From: Candidatus Bathyarchaeota archaeon
Lineage (GTDB): Archaea > Thermoproteota > Bathyarchaeia > Bathyarchaeales > Bathycorpusculaceae
Direction: 5' to 3'
NCBI GenBank assembly: GCA_963832745.1
Contig: CAWHVC010000003.1
Coordinates: 32,001 to 96,000 of the forward strand
Length of the DNA stretch: 64,000 bases
Below are positions 11,157 to 22,915 of the stretch, piece after piece; positions within the stretch are counted from its first letter, which is position 1; every line of letters begins with the position of its first letter. The notes under the pieces are model-generated. The model saw only the letters and a list, made by a program, of their open reading frames with translations, searched no databases and was not told where the DNA came from. The position numbers and the translations under genes were made by a program.

Positions 11157-11528
11157 GTGAAACGGTTGAAAACCAAAAAAGTAACAGTCCAAGAAATCAT
11201 CGCTGACATCGGAGCCATCCTAAACAAAATCAACCTTGTACTAAACGATCAAGAGCTAAGACTACAACTAATTGAAGAGATGGACCTAAAAATCGAACTT
11301 GAATTACTAAAATCCAGAATTCTAGCCATATCTGACCTAAAAAAGCAGGCATCAGCTTTGCAGGCACTCAAAAACCTCTGCAGCATTCTTGCAATTTCTG
11401 ATGTAGAACCCATAAACCATAGTTATCTGCTGGGTGGAAGGGAATGGCCGAAATCACAGCAAAAACAACACAAAACCCAAACTGCGAAAAAACAAAAGCC
11501 AGAGGCGCCACCCCTAAAGCATCCCTAG
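11157..11528 (+). CDS. Hypothetical helical protein (mobile-element-like)
   Basis: ORF overlapping the next gene; no family recognised. Confidence 0.4.
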   Translation: MKRLKTKKVTVQEIIADIGAILNKINLVLNDQELRLQLIEEMDLKIELELLKSRILAISDLKKQASALQALKNLCSILAISDVEPINHSYLLGGREWPKSQQKQHKTQTAKKQKPEAPPLKHP

Positions 11529-11866
11529 AAAGAGACGCTGGCATTAATCCCCTAAATTCATCCCAGCAATTAATTGTTGTTCGCTATTTAGACCATGTTT
11601 TATACAATCGCACGTCTGCAGCAGCAATGAAGCCTCAGGCAAGAGAAGCCATCGACTGGCTATTGTACGATTGCGAACTATACATTATTTTAACTTGGGA
11701 TCGGGACACTGAACCACCCTCTCTTCATGGCGGCGACTTAAAAGCTTCGGGTTTAGTGCTTCTAAAAAGCGATATTTTAGACCTACAATTGCTAAAAGCC
11801 AGTGCGCAGCCTCTACCAAAAATACTTGTTGAATTTAAAAAGCAAACAAGCCATACAAGGAGCTGA
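11444..11866 (+). CDS. Hypothetical protein (mobile-element-like)
   Basis: SD-like GGTGGAAGGG before ATG; globular core VVRYLDHVLY...ILTWDRD...SGLVLLKSDI. Confidence 0.55.
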   Translation: MAEITAKTTQNPNCEKTKARGATPKASLERDAGINPLNSSQQLIVVRYLDHVLYNRTSAAAMKPQAREAIDWLLYDCELYIILTWDRDTEPPSLHGGDLKASGLVLLKSDILDLQLLKASAQPLPKILVEFKKQTSHTRS

Positions 11867-11929
11867 GTATGCGTTCCGACTATCGGAGCGAAAAACTCAC
11901 TCCCAAAAGTCTAAAGGGGATAAGCAGCC

Positions 11930-12240
11930 ATGATTCAACGAACCGCAACCTTAGCCCCCGCTATACCCCGAACCCGCAAACTATCCGTAGAACAACTACA
12001 AAGCCTCAAGCTACCACTGATATTCCAGGCGACGTCATCATCATCGAAAGAAGCCTAAACGATTTCAAGCTAAGAACGCCAATAAGCATCAAACTCGAAA
12101 ACGTATTAAAAGCTCAAGAAATCGGCTTAGTCGAATACATCATAAAATCCTACCTCAGCTACCAACCAGGCATTATCCCATACATCTTTGAAAACAAAAG
12201 CCTAGTAAAAGTAGCACCTATGAGGACGTTCAGAGTTTAG
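11930..12240 (+). pseudogene. Hypothetical protein, probable frameshift near 12025
   Basis: MIQRTATLAPAIPRTRKLSVEQLQSLKLPLIF shifts into PGDVIIIERSLNDF... Confidence 0.4.
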
Positions 12241-12422
12241 GGGTAGAGACACTAAGAAACATGTATTCATCAACCGGATTAGCAATTAGACCAAAGACAC
12301 AAGTGAACAGAATCGATCAGCTATCTATCTTAGCCGAGCAGCTAAAAGAGCTCATAAAGAAGGATGTCTCAACATAAAAACAACCGTAAAACAGTACTTT
12401 TTAGCGTTCGCACCAGAAGAAA

Positions 12423-12437
12423 CCAGCGGCCTCACCA
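12423..12437 (+). repeat. Degenerate tRNA-Pro 3'-end scar, copy 2
   Basis: CCAGCGGCCTCACCA versus CCAGCGGCCCCACCA at 16356. Confidence 0.45.
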
Positions 12438-12457
12438 TCTACATTCTTTGGGATTCA

Positions 12458-12736
12458 CTATTTTTTGTCTTTCCAATTCCACCACTTAAGTTTTTCAGGG
12501 TCAGGGTTTTTGTTTTCAGCAAAATAAATTGATGATCTGCAAACATACAAAACACAGTGATCTACTAGTTTTCCCTGTGTGAAACATATTTGTGAATATA
12601 GTTCCTCTGGATTTTTGCCCTTTAAATCTGCAATCTTTGTGATGCCGATTCTTTTGAAGTCTTCCGTTATAGAGTCTCCAACGTAAGGTATTTGGGTTAA
12701 TTCATTGATGATTTTGTGCTTCCTCAAAACAATCAC
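12458..12736 (-). CDS. Helix-hairpin-helix protein, Cdd1/mitomycin-resistance family
   Basis: LTQIPYVG...IGI...LKGKNPEELY...DHCVLYVCR...KWWNWKD. Confidence 0.85.
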   Translation of the reverse strand: MIVLRKHKIINELTQIPYVGDSITEDFKRIGITKIADLKGKNPEELYSQICFTQGKLVDHCVLYVCRSSIYFAENKNPDPEKLKWWNWKDKK

Positions 12737-12767
12737 AAATTCTTTTCAGGTTTAATTGATTAATGAT

Positions 12768-13196
12768 TTAGAGTGGAATCTTTAGGTTTCCTTTTTCATC
12801 TAATTCCCAAAATGGGTTGTAAGCTACCTCGATTAAGTGTCCATCTGGATCTTTGAAGTAACCGCTATATCCACCCCAGAAAACCTTCTGCGCAGGCTTA
12901 ACGATAGTTCCACCCAACTTAGCCACTTCCGCCAGTACAACGTCAACTTCAGTCTCGTTTTTCGCGTTATACGCGAGGGTTATGCCTGGAAAGCCGTTGC
13001 CGCCCTCAGGTACATTTGCATCTTCCGCAAGCAATTTCCGTGAATACAAAGCTAAACCGATACCGCCTAAATCAAATAAAACCAAGTTATCGGTGCTTCC
13101 TGAGGACCTTTTCCACCCAACTCCATTTTCATAAAAGTTGACTGCTTTCTCTAAATCTGTCACGCCTAACGTAATTAGCGTAATTTTCTGTCGCAT
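12768..13196 (-). CDS. VOC (glyoxalase/bleomycin resistance) family protein
   Basis: ITLITLGVTDL...FYE...VFWGGYSGYFKDPDGHLIEVAYNP. Confidence 0.92.
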   Translation of the reverse strand: MRQKITLITLGVTDLEKAVNFYENGVGWKRSSGSTDNLVLFDLGGIGLALYSRKLLAEDANVPEGGNGFPGITLAYNAKNETEVDVVLAEVAKLGGTIVKPAQKVFWGGYSGYFKDPDGHLIEVAYNPFWELDEKGNLKIPL

Positions 13197-13381
13197 TGTT
13201 CTTCCTCAAGTGAATGAAAGTAAGACTTAGCTTAAGAGAATTATTAACAGTTTAATATCAAAAGAAAAATGTTAGGTGTCCTCTCTATTAACATTGTGAT
13301 TCCAGAGGTCCACTATGATAATCCAATTCCATGTTATATTGGGGTTGTTTGCGTTTATGCCTTAGGTAGCTAATTTCTTGT

Positions 13382-15586
<2,205 letters not shown>

Positions 15587-15812
15587 TTACATTCATTCAA
15601 AAAATCTCCTTTTCGCTATATAGGACTGCACAAACGGTTCATTTAAGAATTATTATTATCTAATAATCTGTGCGCTACCTTGTTTTGACCCTCAGCAATT
15701 AAGCTCTATGAAGTAAAAGCTGCACGGTAACACTGTAGAGAACAACTTTCTGCCAAAAACCCGTTGCTTTAGCCGAGCGTGCGTAAACTTTGTAACTAAG
15801 TTACCCTACAGC

Positions 15813-16199
15813 GTGAAGAAGGATGAGTCATCTTCACAGTTTATTGACGTGAGAATCAAGGAGCTGGGCGATTGGCGTGGAGAAACATTAGCCAACGTTC
15901 GGCGGCTTATCAAGGAGGCAGATCCGGATGTAGTTGAAGAACGGAAGTGGGTGAAGCCTGCATTCCTGGAACCCCAGTCTGGTCGCACAACGGGGGCATC
16001 TGCACAGGTGAGACCTACAAGAGTGTGGTCAAACTCACATTCTTCAAGGGTGCTTCGCTGGATGATCCATCTCACTTGTTCAACCAGCTTGGGACTGTTA
16101 GGCGCGCCATCAATATACATGAAGGCGACAAAATTGATGGAGGAAGCTTTCAAGATCCTTATTCGTGCCGCTGTGAAACTGAACACGTCCAAGTCCTGA
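15813..16199 (+). pseudogene. DUF1801 (YdhG-like) protein with two compensating frameshifts
   Basis: LGDWRGETLA...EERKWVKP, then in another frame GTPVWSHNGGICTGETYKSVVKLTFFKGASL, then back to EEAFKILIRAAV. Confidence 0.75.
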
Positions 16200-16346
16200 T
16201 AATGCTAAATGTTTGAATGTTTTGGCGGACGCGCGCTTTCCAGAGGGGTGTATCCCCTCGGACCCGAACCTGTAACTTTTATAAAGGGAAATAGTTGCGT
16301 AGTAATCTGAGTGACTACGATTCGCTAGTATCGCTACAACGTCTAA

Positions 16347-16370
16347 GTTCAAATCCCAGCGGCCCCACCA
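16347..16370 (+). repeat. tRNA-Pro 3'-end fragment (att scar), copy 3, with CCA
   Basis: GTTCAAATCCCAGCGGCCCCACCA. Confidence 0.75.
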
Positions 16371-16528
16371 ATCCTAACTTAAAAGGTATTGTCTTTTTCT
16401 TTTAGCTTGTTTTCTTACCCATTTTTTATATTTTTTCCAGCAGAAGCTTCACTAAAGATTTATAACAGAATTTTTTTGAAGAGATACTATCGCGGAATGA
16501 TAAGCCCAATATACTGGTGGTATAAACA

Positions 16529-17068
16529 ATACAAATTATTACTAACCGATTAGAACTAAGAAATTTCACAGCAACTGATGCTCAAGGCTTATTAGAGTTA
16601 TTATCAACTCCCCGAGTCAATTGTTTTCTTAGTGACAAGATTACGACACAACAGGAGGCTTTATCGGAAGTTGAAAAGAAAAGCAAAGATGATGCACATA
16701 TCGCTGTTTCTTTGAAAGAAGAAAAGTTTCTAATTGGCGAGCTATTTTATTTATTTGAAGCCCCAGATACTTATTCTATAGGATGGAACTTTAATGCACA
16801 ATATGAAGGAAAGGGGTATGCAAGTGAAAGTACAAAGGCATTTATACAATATCTTTTCATAGAAAAAAAGGCTAGACGATTATACGCCTATGTTGAGGAA
16901 AATAACTCTCGCTCTCAAAATCTGTGTGAAAAACTGGGTATGCGTAAAGAGGGTTGTTTTTTAGAATTCATTTCATTTACCACTTATAATAATGGGATTC
17001 CTAAATACGAAAATACATTTCAATATGCATTACTAAAAAAAGAATGGGAAGCGCAGCAAAAAGCTTAA
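16529..17068 (+). CDS. RimJ/RimL-type GNAT N-acetyltransferase; the expected start codon reads ATA
   Basis: IQIITNRLELRNF... in frame with IGWNFNAQYEGKGYASE...NSRSQNLCEKLGMRKEG; GGTGG SD before ATA 16529. Confidence 0.8.
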   Translation: MQIITNRLELRNFTATDAQGLLELLSTPRVNCFLSDKITTQQEALSEVEKKSKDDAHIAVSLKEEKFLIGELFYLFEAPDTYSIGWNFNAQYEGKGYASESTKAFIQYLFIEKKARRLYAYVEENNSRSQNLCEKLGMRKEGCFLEFISFTTYNNGIPKYENTFQYALLKKEWEAQQKA

Positions 17069-17346
17069 TCGTCAAGCAATCGTAAAGTTTGCATTATGCC
17101 GTGTGGCGGCCTGCCGGTCGACCTCTTCAGAAACGATTTCCCTCGATCCAGACTGCTTTTGGAAGGGGCAGTTTGCCAGATCCCCCAACCGTTCCCCGAT
17201 TGCGTATTCAGTGCATCGAAGCTAAAAAAAAAGTGCCTTTTACGTCCAAATCAGAAAAATCGAGCGATCCTACCACTCGTTTAGGCTGTAAGATTGGAAT
17301 GTTGGGAATCACTTCGAAAATCTTTCTATAACTTATTTTTATCTAA

Positions 17347-18816
17347 TTACCTTGACACAACTGCCAAGAATGGTTCAGGTCCCATATCGGTTGTCGCATA
17401 TACAGCCAATGCTATACTCCAAAAGACGTCATCGTGTGTTCCCTGCGGATGGGAGAAACCAATGTTTCCGTCTCTTCGCAGGTCATATCGTTCCACATTA
17501 AGCTCAGTGCATATGTCGCCATGGTAGGGGTGTTCCCAATTAAGTAAGGGATAGAAGAATTGTTTGTTTAGCAGTCTCTGTTTTAACAGACTTGCCATTT
17601 CACTTTTTCTAGGCACACTAAAGGTGACGCCCTCAGCGTTATCAACTCCTGCTGCTTCCATGTCAGCAATAAAGCTTGGACCTTCACGGGTAAAATCTAC
17701 TCTAATGCGTTCAAAACCTCCCCAGCGATCCTGCAAAGCTTTAATGTAAGCTATAACAGGCGCATATACGGTTGGCTGCTTGAAGATTTTTAGGTGACGC
17801 AAATAGAGCAAGTCGTTTTGACGCTCTAAAACTGAGAAAACCGTGTAATCTTTGGTTTGAGCCAAATCTAAGCCAGCAAAAAAGTCTCCTTCCCTTGAAC
17901 TTTGGGGATCAAAAGCATAAAGTTCCTTTTTGCAGTTCTTTACAGTGCCAATGCAAGATGCAATTAAGCTCTGATTTAGCCAGACGTTGTCATCTTCTAC
18001 CCATTCAGCTTGCATTTCTCTTTGCCAACGTGAAGGGTCATCACCCATCTGAGTCTTTATCTGCGCAATAATGTTGGGCTTTAAGGGGCCTTTTGGGCTT
18101 AATGCTTGTTCATATGTGACATGCGAGGTTTTAAAATTGTTAAATTTCTGGTGAGTAAAGATCTTGTAGAAGACGCTGTCGGTATGCCAAGGAGTGCTGC
18201 TACAAACGAATTTACCATCAGTAGTACCCAGCGTGTAAAGGATTGCATCATATAGGTCTTGATCGTTAGCCACGAAATTGAACTCATCCGCATAGACCAC
18301 ATCTAGCGTTGGACCTCTGATGGTTTCAGGGTTGTTGGGAAAAGCCTCAATGCTGCTCCCATTGACAAAGTGGATCTGCGTTTTTTGCGGCTTAAAAACG
18401 ATGCTTCGCGGTAGTTTATGAGCAAAAGCTGCTATACGTGCTATGATTCGTTTGGTTTGACGCCAAGATGGCCCCACTATGCCGATTGCAACATTTGGGT
18501 GGGTAACTGCGTACTTTAGCAGTAGCGCAGATATGGTTTGGCTTTTGCCGCTTTGTCTACACCATCTGGCAGCGGTGAACTGGTTATTTTCAAAGAGCTC
18601 AACAAACTCTTTTTGATAATCATAGAGTCTAAAACCCAATATACATTCAAAAAAGTCGACAGTGTTAACGCTTAATTGTTCCATCTGTCTAGTAACTGTT
18701 TGCTTAACTTCATCATGGTCCCGATCAATCTCACGAAATTTAGCTAAGAACCGGTTGGGTTGAAAAGTTCTAGCTTCTTTCTTGGATTTCTTTGAGCATC
18801 TGTCGTAATTGCGCAT
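17347..18816 (-). CDS. terL: Viral terminase large subunit (ATPase plus RNase H-like nuclease)
   Basis: LYDYQ Q motif, Walker A RQSGKS, IRG, Walker B VVYADEF, SSTP coupling motif, GLDLA and HDD nuclease residues. Confidence 0.9.
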   Translation of the reverse strand: MRNYDRCSKKSKKEARTFQPNRFLAKFREIDRDHDEVKQTVTRQMEQLSVNTVDFFECILGFRLYDYQKEFVELFENNQFTAARWCRQSGKSQTISALLLKYAVTHPNVAIGIVGPSWRQTKRIIARIAAFAHKLPRSIVFKPQKTQIHFVNGSSIEAFPNNPETIRGPTLDVVYADEFNFVANDQDLYDAILYTLGTTDGKFVCSSTPWHTDSVFYKIFTHQKFNNFKTSHVTYEQALSPKGPLKPNIIAQIKTQMGDDPSRWQREMQAEWVEDDNVWLNQSLIASCIGTVKNCKKELYAFDPQSSREGDFFAGLDLAQTKDYTVFSVLERQNDLLYLRHLKIFKQPTVYAPVIAYIKALQDRWGGFERIRVDFTREGPSFIADMEAAGVDNAEGVTFSVPRKSEMASLLKQRLLNKQFFYPLLNWEHPYHGDICTELNVERYDLRRDGNIGFSHPQGTHDDVFWSIALAVYATTDMGPEPFLAVVSR

Positions 18817-19204
18817 TTTCTTCTTCCATTTTCTTTAACTTGATCTCTATTTCTCGATAATGGGCAAAATCCGCAGCAAGTTCTTTGTACTTTTCACAAA
18901 TATTGGCCACCAACTGTAAACGCTGTACCTCAAGCTTTGTTAGCCCAGGTTTAACAGAAGCCCGCATGGCACCCGCCATTATTTTAGTGGCCTCTTCAAT
19001 ACTGGGTAACTCTTTAGGCAAAACTATTGAGTTATCTACATAACGTTTAACATGCAAATCCAAATTCAAGCGTTGGGCTTTAACAATCACAGCTTTGGGC
19101 GTCTTGTTTAGTATAGCAGCAATCTCTTCAACTTTTACGTTATTCTCAATTAGGGTTTTGAGCTGTGACTCTTCTTGAGATGTCCATTTTCTGCGTTGAA
19201 CCAT
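18770..19204 (-). CDS. Putative terminase small subunit (N-terminal Myb/HTH-like domain, C-terminal coiled coil)
   Basis: RRKWTSQEE...EEIAAILNKTPKAV; directly upstream of and overlapping terL. Confidence 0.6.
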   Translation of the reverse strand: MVQRRKWTSQEESQLKTLIENNVKVEEIAAILNKTPKAVIVKAQRLNLDLHVKRYVDNSIVLPKELPSIEEATKIMAGAMRASVKPGLTKLEVQRLQLVANICEKYKELAADFAHYREIEIKLKKMEEENAQLRQMLKEIQERS

Positions 19205-19544
19205 AACATATTAAATAAAATATTTACCGATAAATAAGCTAGTAAGGACTAATTTTAGACCATAAAAACTCAGAGCATACAACTTATATCAACAGCCACA
19301 CTATACATGCCCCAAACCCACAACCCCACACTGCACCATGAATCTCACGTACCAATGAGGCAAAACTTTTCCCCCAAACACACAACACAACCAAAAAAAC
19401 AGCCCAAACCAAAAAAAAGACTTAAAAAAAAGCCCCAAGTGAGTGGGAAATTCCAAACCCCCCACACCACACACAAATAAACAAAACTATGTTTGCGATT
19501 GTTTTTTAAGAAGCAACAAGTAAATTGACTAAAGGCGAACCAAA

Positions 19545-20861
19545 GTGGGCTTAAGAAACTTTATTGAAGAACTCCAAACTAAAGGCGAATTAACTAAAAT
19601 CACAAAGCCCGTCTCAACCGAATATGAGATGGCAGGCATCATCGCAGCTTTAAGCGAAAAACCGGTAATATTTGAGAACATTAAAGAATCTGCTATACCG
19701 GTGGTTGCGGGTTTGGTTTCTTCTAAAGAACTGATTTGCCGTTCACTTGGCATAACAAAAGAGCAGCTTTTGCCGAAGTTATCCTCAGCCATCGAGCAGC
19801 CCAAGACGCCAACAATCGTGCAAAATGCTCCATGCCAAGAAGTAATCCACACAGACGCAGACGTGGACTTAACCAAACTACCAATCATGCACTACACCGA
19901 CAAAGACGGCGGAAAATACATCGCCTCAGCAGTCTCCATCATAAAAGACCCACAAACAGGCCACCGCAACATGTGCTTCCACCGCCTCATGCTCAAAGAC
20001 AAAAACCATTTCATCGCCCGCATTGTGGAAAACCGTGGAACCGACAGTGCCCTCAAAAAAGCAGGCGGAGAACTCGACATAGCCATCTGCGTGGGCAACT
20101 CAACAGCGGTACTTCTTGCCGCTGCCACCTCACTTCCAACAGGAGTAGACGAACTTGGCATGGCAAACGCGCTGGAAAAAATGGAAACCGTAAAATGCAA
20201 AACCGTCGATTTGGAGGTTCCAGCGGAAACAGAATTTGTATTTGAAGGCAGAATAACCAGCAAGAAAGCAACGGAAGGCCCATTTCTTGACTTAACAGGC
20301 GTTGTTGACCGCGTCCGCCAACAACCCGTAATCGAAATCAAATGCATAACCCACCGCAAAAACCCGATTTACCAAACAATTTTGGCCGGCAAAAACGAAC
20401 ACAAATTCTTAATGGGCATGCCTAAAGAACCCACCATCTACAATGAAGTTAACAAAGTCTGCCAATGCAAAGACGTCTACATCACCCCCGGCGGATGCAG
20501 CTGGCTTCACGCAGTTGTGCAAATCCACAAAACCGACCCAAACGACGGCAGAAAAGCAATCCTCGCCGCCTTTGAAGGCCACAAATCACTAAAACACGTT
20601 GTTGTAGTGGATGAGGACATTAACATTTATGACCCAAACGATGTTGAATGGGCAATCGCGACCCGGTTCCAAGCCGACAAAAACTTAATCGTCTGCTCAA
20701 ACCAGCCGGGTTCAAGCCTTGACCCCTCCGGCGATTTAAGCGAAGGCAAAAAAGCCACAACCGCCAAAGCCGGCGTTGACGCTACAACCCCAATCGTCAC
20801 GACAGGCAAAGGCTTCAAAAAAGAGGATTACATAAAAGTCGACTTAAACAAATACATGTGA
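19545..20861 (+). CDS. UbiD-family decarboxylase, probably anhydromevalonate phosphate decarboxylase
   Basis: FHRL, EGPFLDLTG, VVVVDEDI, VEWAIATRFQ, GSSLDPS; operonic with the aconitase X pair. Confidence 0.9.
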   Translation: MGLRNFIEELQTKGELTKITKPVSTEYEMAGIIAALSEKPVIFENIKESAIPVVAGLVSSKELICRSLGITKEQLLPKLSSAIEQPKTPTIVQNAPCQEVIHTDADVDLTKLPIMHYTDKDGGKYIASAVSIIKDPQTGHRNMCFHRLMLKDKNHFIARIVENRGTDSALKKAGGELDIAICVGNSTAVLLAAATSLPTGVDELGMANALEKMETVKCKTVDLEVPAETEFVFEGRITSKKATEGPFLDLTGVVDRVRQQPVIEIKCITHRKNPIYQTILAGKNEHKFLMGMPKEPTIYNEVNKVCQCKDVYITPGGCSWLHAVVQIHKTDPNDGRKAILAAFEGHKSLKHVVVVDEDINIYDPNDVEWAIATRFQADKNLIVCSNQPGSSLDPSGDLSEGKKATTAKAGVDATTPIVTTGKGFKKEDYIKVDLNKYM

Positions 20862-20867
20862 CCATCT

Positions 20868-22067
20868 ATGGAGTTAACTAAGCAAGAACAATCAATGCTA
20901 GACGGCAAGGAAGGCTATGCTGTACGTAAAAGCATGGAAATCCTTGTGGCTCTGGGCGAAATTTTCGGTGCAAAAAGCCTAATTGACGTTAGCAGCGTCC
21001 AAGTCGCAGGCGTCTCTTATCACAACCTTGGCGACGCAGGCCTTGAATTCCTCGACTCACTCGCCAAAGATGGCAGAGTCAAAGTATTAACCACCCTTAA
21101 CCCTGCAGGCATGGACCTAGAAAACTGGCAGCAACTTGGCATCAGCCCTGAATTTGCAGAAAAACAAAACCTCGTAATCGACGCCTTCAAACGCATGGGC
21201 ATCCTAATCAGTTGCACCTGCACACCCTACTTGATTGGCAATTTGCCGCTTTACGGCGAACACATTGCATGGTCAGAAAGCAGTGCAGTAACTTTTGCCA
21301 ACTCAGTTTTGGGCGCAAGAACTAACCGTGAAGGTGGACCATCAGCTTTGGCAGCCGCTTTCGTTGGCAAAACACCTAATTACGGATTGCACCTTGACGA
21401 AAACCGCGTCCCAGACGTCCATGTTCAAGTTAACGCAGAACTCTCCAAACTTTCCGACTGGGGCGCATTGGGCTACACTATTGGCAAGAAGGCAGAAAAC
21501 AAAATCCCATACATCACAGGAATAAAAACTGCGGACCTTGACACACTCAAATCCTTCTGCGCGTCCGTGGTAACTTATGGCGCAAAACCGCTTTTCTACA
21601 TGAAAGGCGTAACTCCAGGCGCTGAAGCACAAAAGCAGCCCAAGGAAAAAATAACAATCGAGCAAGCTGACATCAAAAACGCTTACGACAACATCAACGA
21701 TGCCGTTGACGAAATCGATTTTGTCTGTGTCGGCTGCCCCCACTGCTCAATCAAGGAAATCCAAGAAATCGCCGATCTAATCACGGGCAAGAAAGTCAAA
21801 GAAGGCACTGAATTGTGGGTTGCAACGTCACGAACAGCAAAGCAGCTTTCAGATAAACGTGGCTACACCGAGACGATTGAAGCGGCTGGCGGCAAATTCG
21901 CATGCGACACCTGCATGGCAGTCGCGCCGTTGAAGGGCAGATTCAAAGCGCTCGCAACAACGTCAGCAAAAGGTTGCTTCTATAGCAGACATAATCTTAT
22001 GAAAACTAAGATGGGCAGCATGAAAGATTGTATTGAAGCAGCGGTGAGTGGAAAATGGAACAATTAA
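20868..22067 (+). CDS. Aconitase X large subunit (phosphomevalonate dehydratase, large)
   Basis: VAGVSY, TTLNP, CTCTPY, WSESSA, GARTNREGGPSAL, GCPHCS, DTCMAV. Confidence 0.92.
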   Translation: MELTKQEQSMLDGKEGYAVRKSMEILVALGEIFGAKSLIDVSSVQVAGVSYHNLGDAGLEFLDSLAKDGRVKVLTTLNPAGMDLENWQQLGISPEFAEKQNLVIDAFKRMGILISCTCTPYLIGNLPLYGEHIAWSESSAVTFANSVLGARTNREGGPSALAAAFVGKTPNYGLHLDENRVPDVHVQVNAELSKLSDWGALGYTIGKKAENKIPYITGIKTADLDTLKSFCASVVTYGAKPLFYMKGVTPGAEAQKQPKEKITIEQADIKNAYDNINDAVDEIDFVCVGCPHCSIKEIQEIADLITGKKVKEGTELWVATSRTAKQLSDKRGYTETIEAAGGKFACDTCMAVAPLKGRFKALATTSAKGCFYSRHNLMKTKMGSMKDCIEAAVSGKWNN

Positions 22068-22441
22068 AAGGAAGAATAATTTACAAAGGAAAAGCCGAAG
22101 GAGACGCACTCGTCACCTCGATGCCGATTAGTTTCTATGGCGGCGTTGAACCAAGCACAGGCGTTATACTTGAGAAAGGGCATGAACTTGAAGGGCAAAG
22201 CGTCAAAGGCAAGATTTTGGTGTTTCCGCAGGGCAAAGGCAGCACAGTTGGCAGCTACACGCTTTACCGCATGAAGAAGAACGGCACAGCACCAGCAGGC
22301 ATGATAAACAAAGAAACTGAAACCATCGTTGCAGTCGGCGCCATCATCAGCGAAATCCCATTCGTAGACAAAGTTGACGTTAGCAAGATTAAGACTGGCA
22401 GCAAAGTTAGCATCGAAAACGATACGGTAAAAATCGCTTAA
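22055..22441 (+). CDS. Aconitase X swivel subunit (DUF126; phosphomevalonate dehydratase, small)
   Basis: ISFYGGV, GKILVFPQGKGSTVGSY. Confidence 0.92.
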   Translation: MEQLKGRIIYKGKAEGDALVTSMPISFYGGVEPSTGVILEKGHELEGQSVKGKILVFPQGKGSTVGSYTLYRMKKNGTAPAGMINKETETIVAVGAIISEIPFVDKVDVSKIKTGSKVSIENDTVKIA

Positions 22442-22537
22442 CGTGGAGCAAATGCTCCTTTTTTGTTTTTATTCAAAAAACCAGAATTTTTTTAAAAAAA
22501 TTTTCAAAAACATTCTAAAAATTTATTAAAAGTTAAA

Positions 22538-22665
22538 GTAGGTAGCCAGCTTTCCCAATTTCACGCGGCCGAAGACCGCACTACAGTTGGAAACGGAACA
22601 CGGTTTAACTTCTGAGTTCGGAATGGGATCAGGTGGAACCCGAGTCCTCTGGCCGGCAAACCTAC
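22538..22665 (-). rRNA. rrf: 5S rRNA (stand-alone)
   Basis: CCACCTGATCCCATTCCGAACTCAGAAGTTAAAC core; terminal helix GTAGGT..GCCGGC/GCTGGC.ACCTAC; TTTATAAG promoter upstream. Confidence 0.95.
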
Positions 22666-22915
22666 CACAACGTAACGCCTTTGCCTTATAAACCTTCTTT
22701 TCGAATTATGCGGTAATGCCTTGAAATGCAAGCTTTTTTTAATTGTGCCTTATTGCTTGGTTACGAAAATTGTTTCTTTTTATTTTTTTACTTCAACATT
22801 TTGCATTAAAATTTGAATTATTTGTGTGAATTCAGGCTTCATGAGCCTTATATTGAAAAATGTTGACCTGTACAGTACCGAACGTATACGTGAATTTACA
22901 TATACGGGGATTAAC

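Noticed and set aside
17100-17200. Cobalamin riboswitch (GGGAA..GGT..ACTGCCCC on the minus strand)
   Set aside because: B12-box and spacing do not fit, and no suitable downstream gene
19545-20861. UbiD as a ubiquinone or aromatic-acid decarboxylase
   Set aside because: Operon with both aconitase X subunits points to the archaeal mevalonate pathway, which is already described
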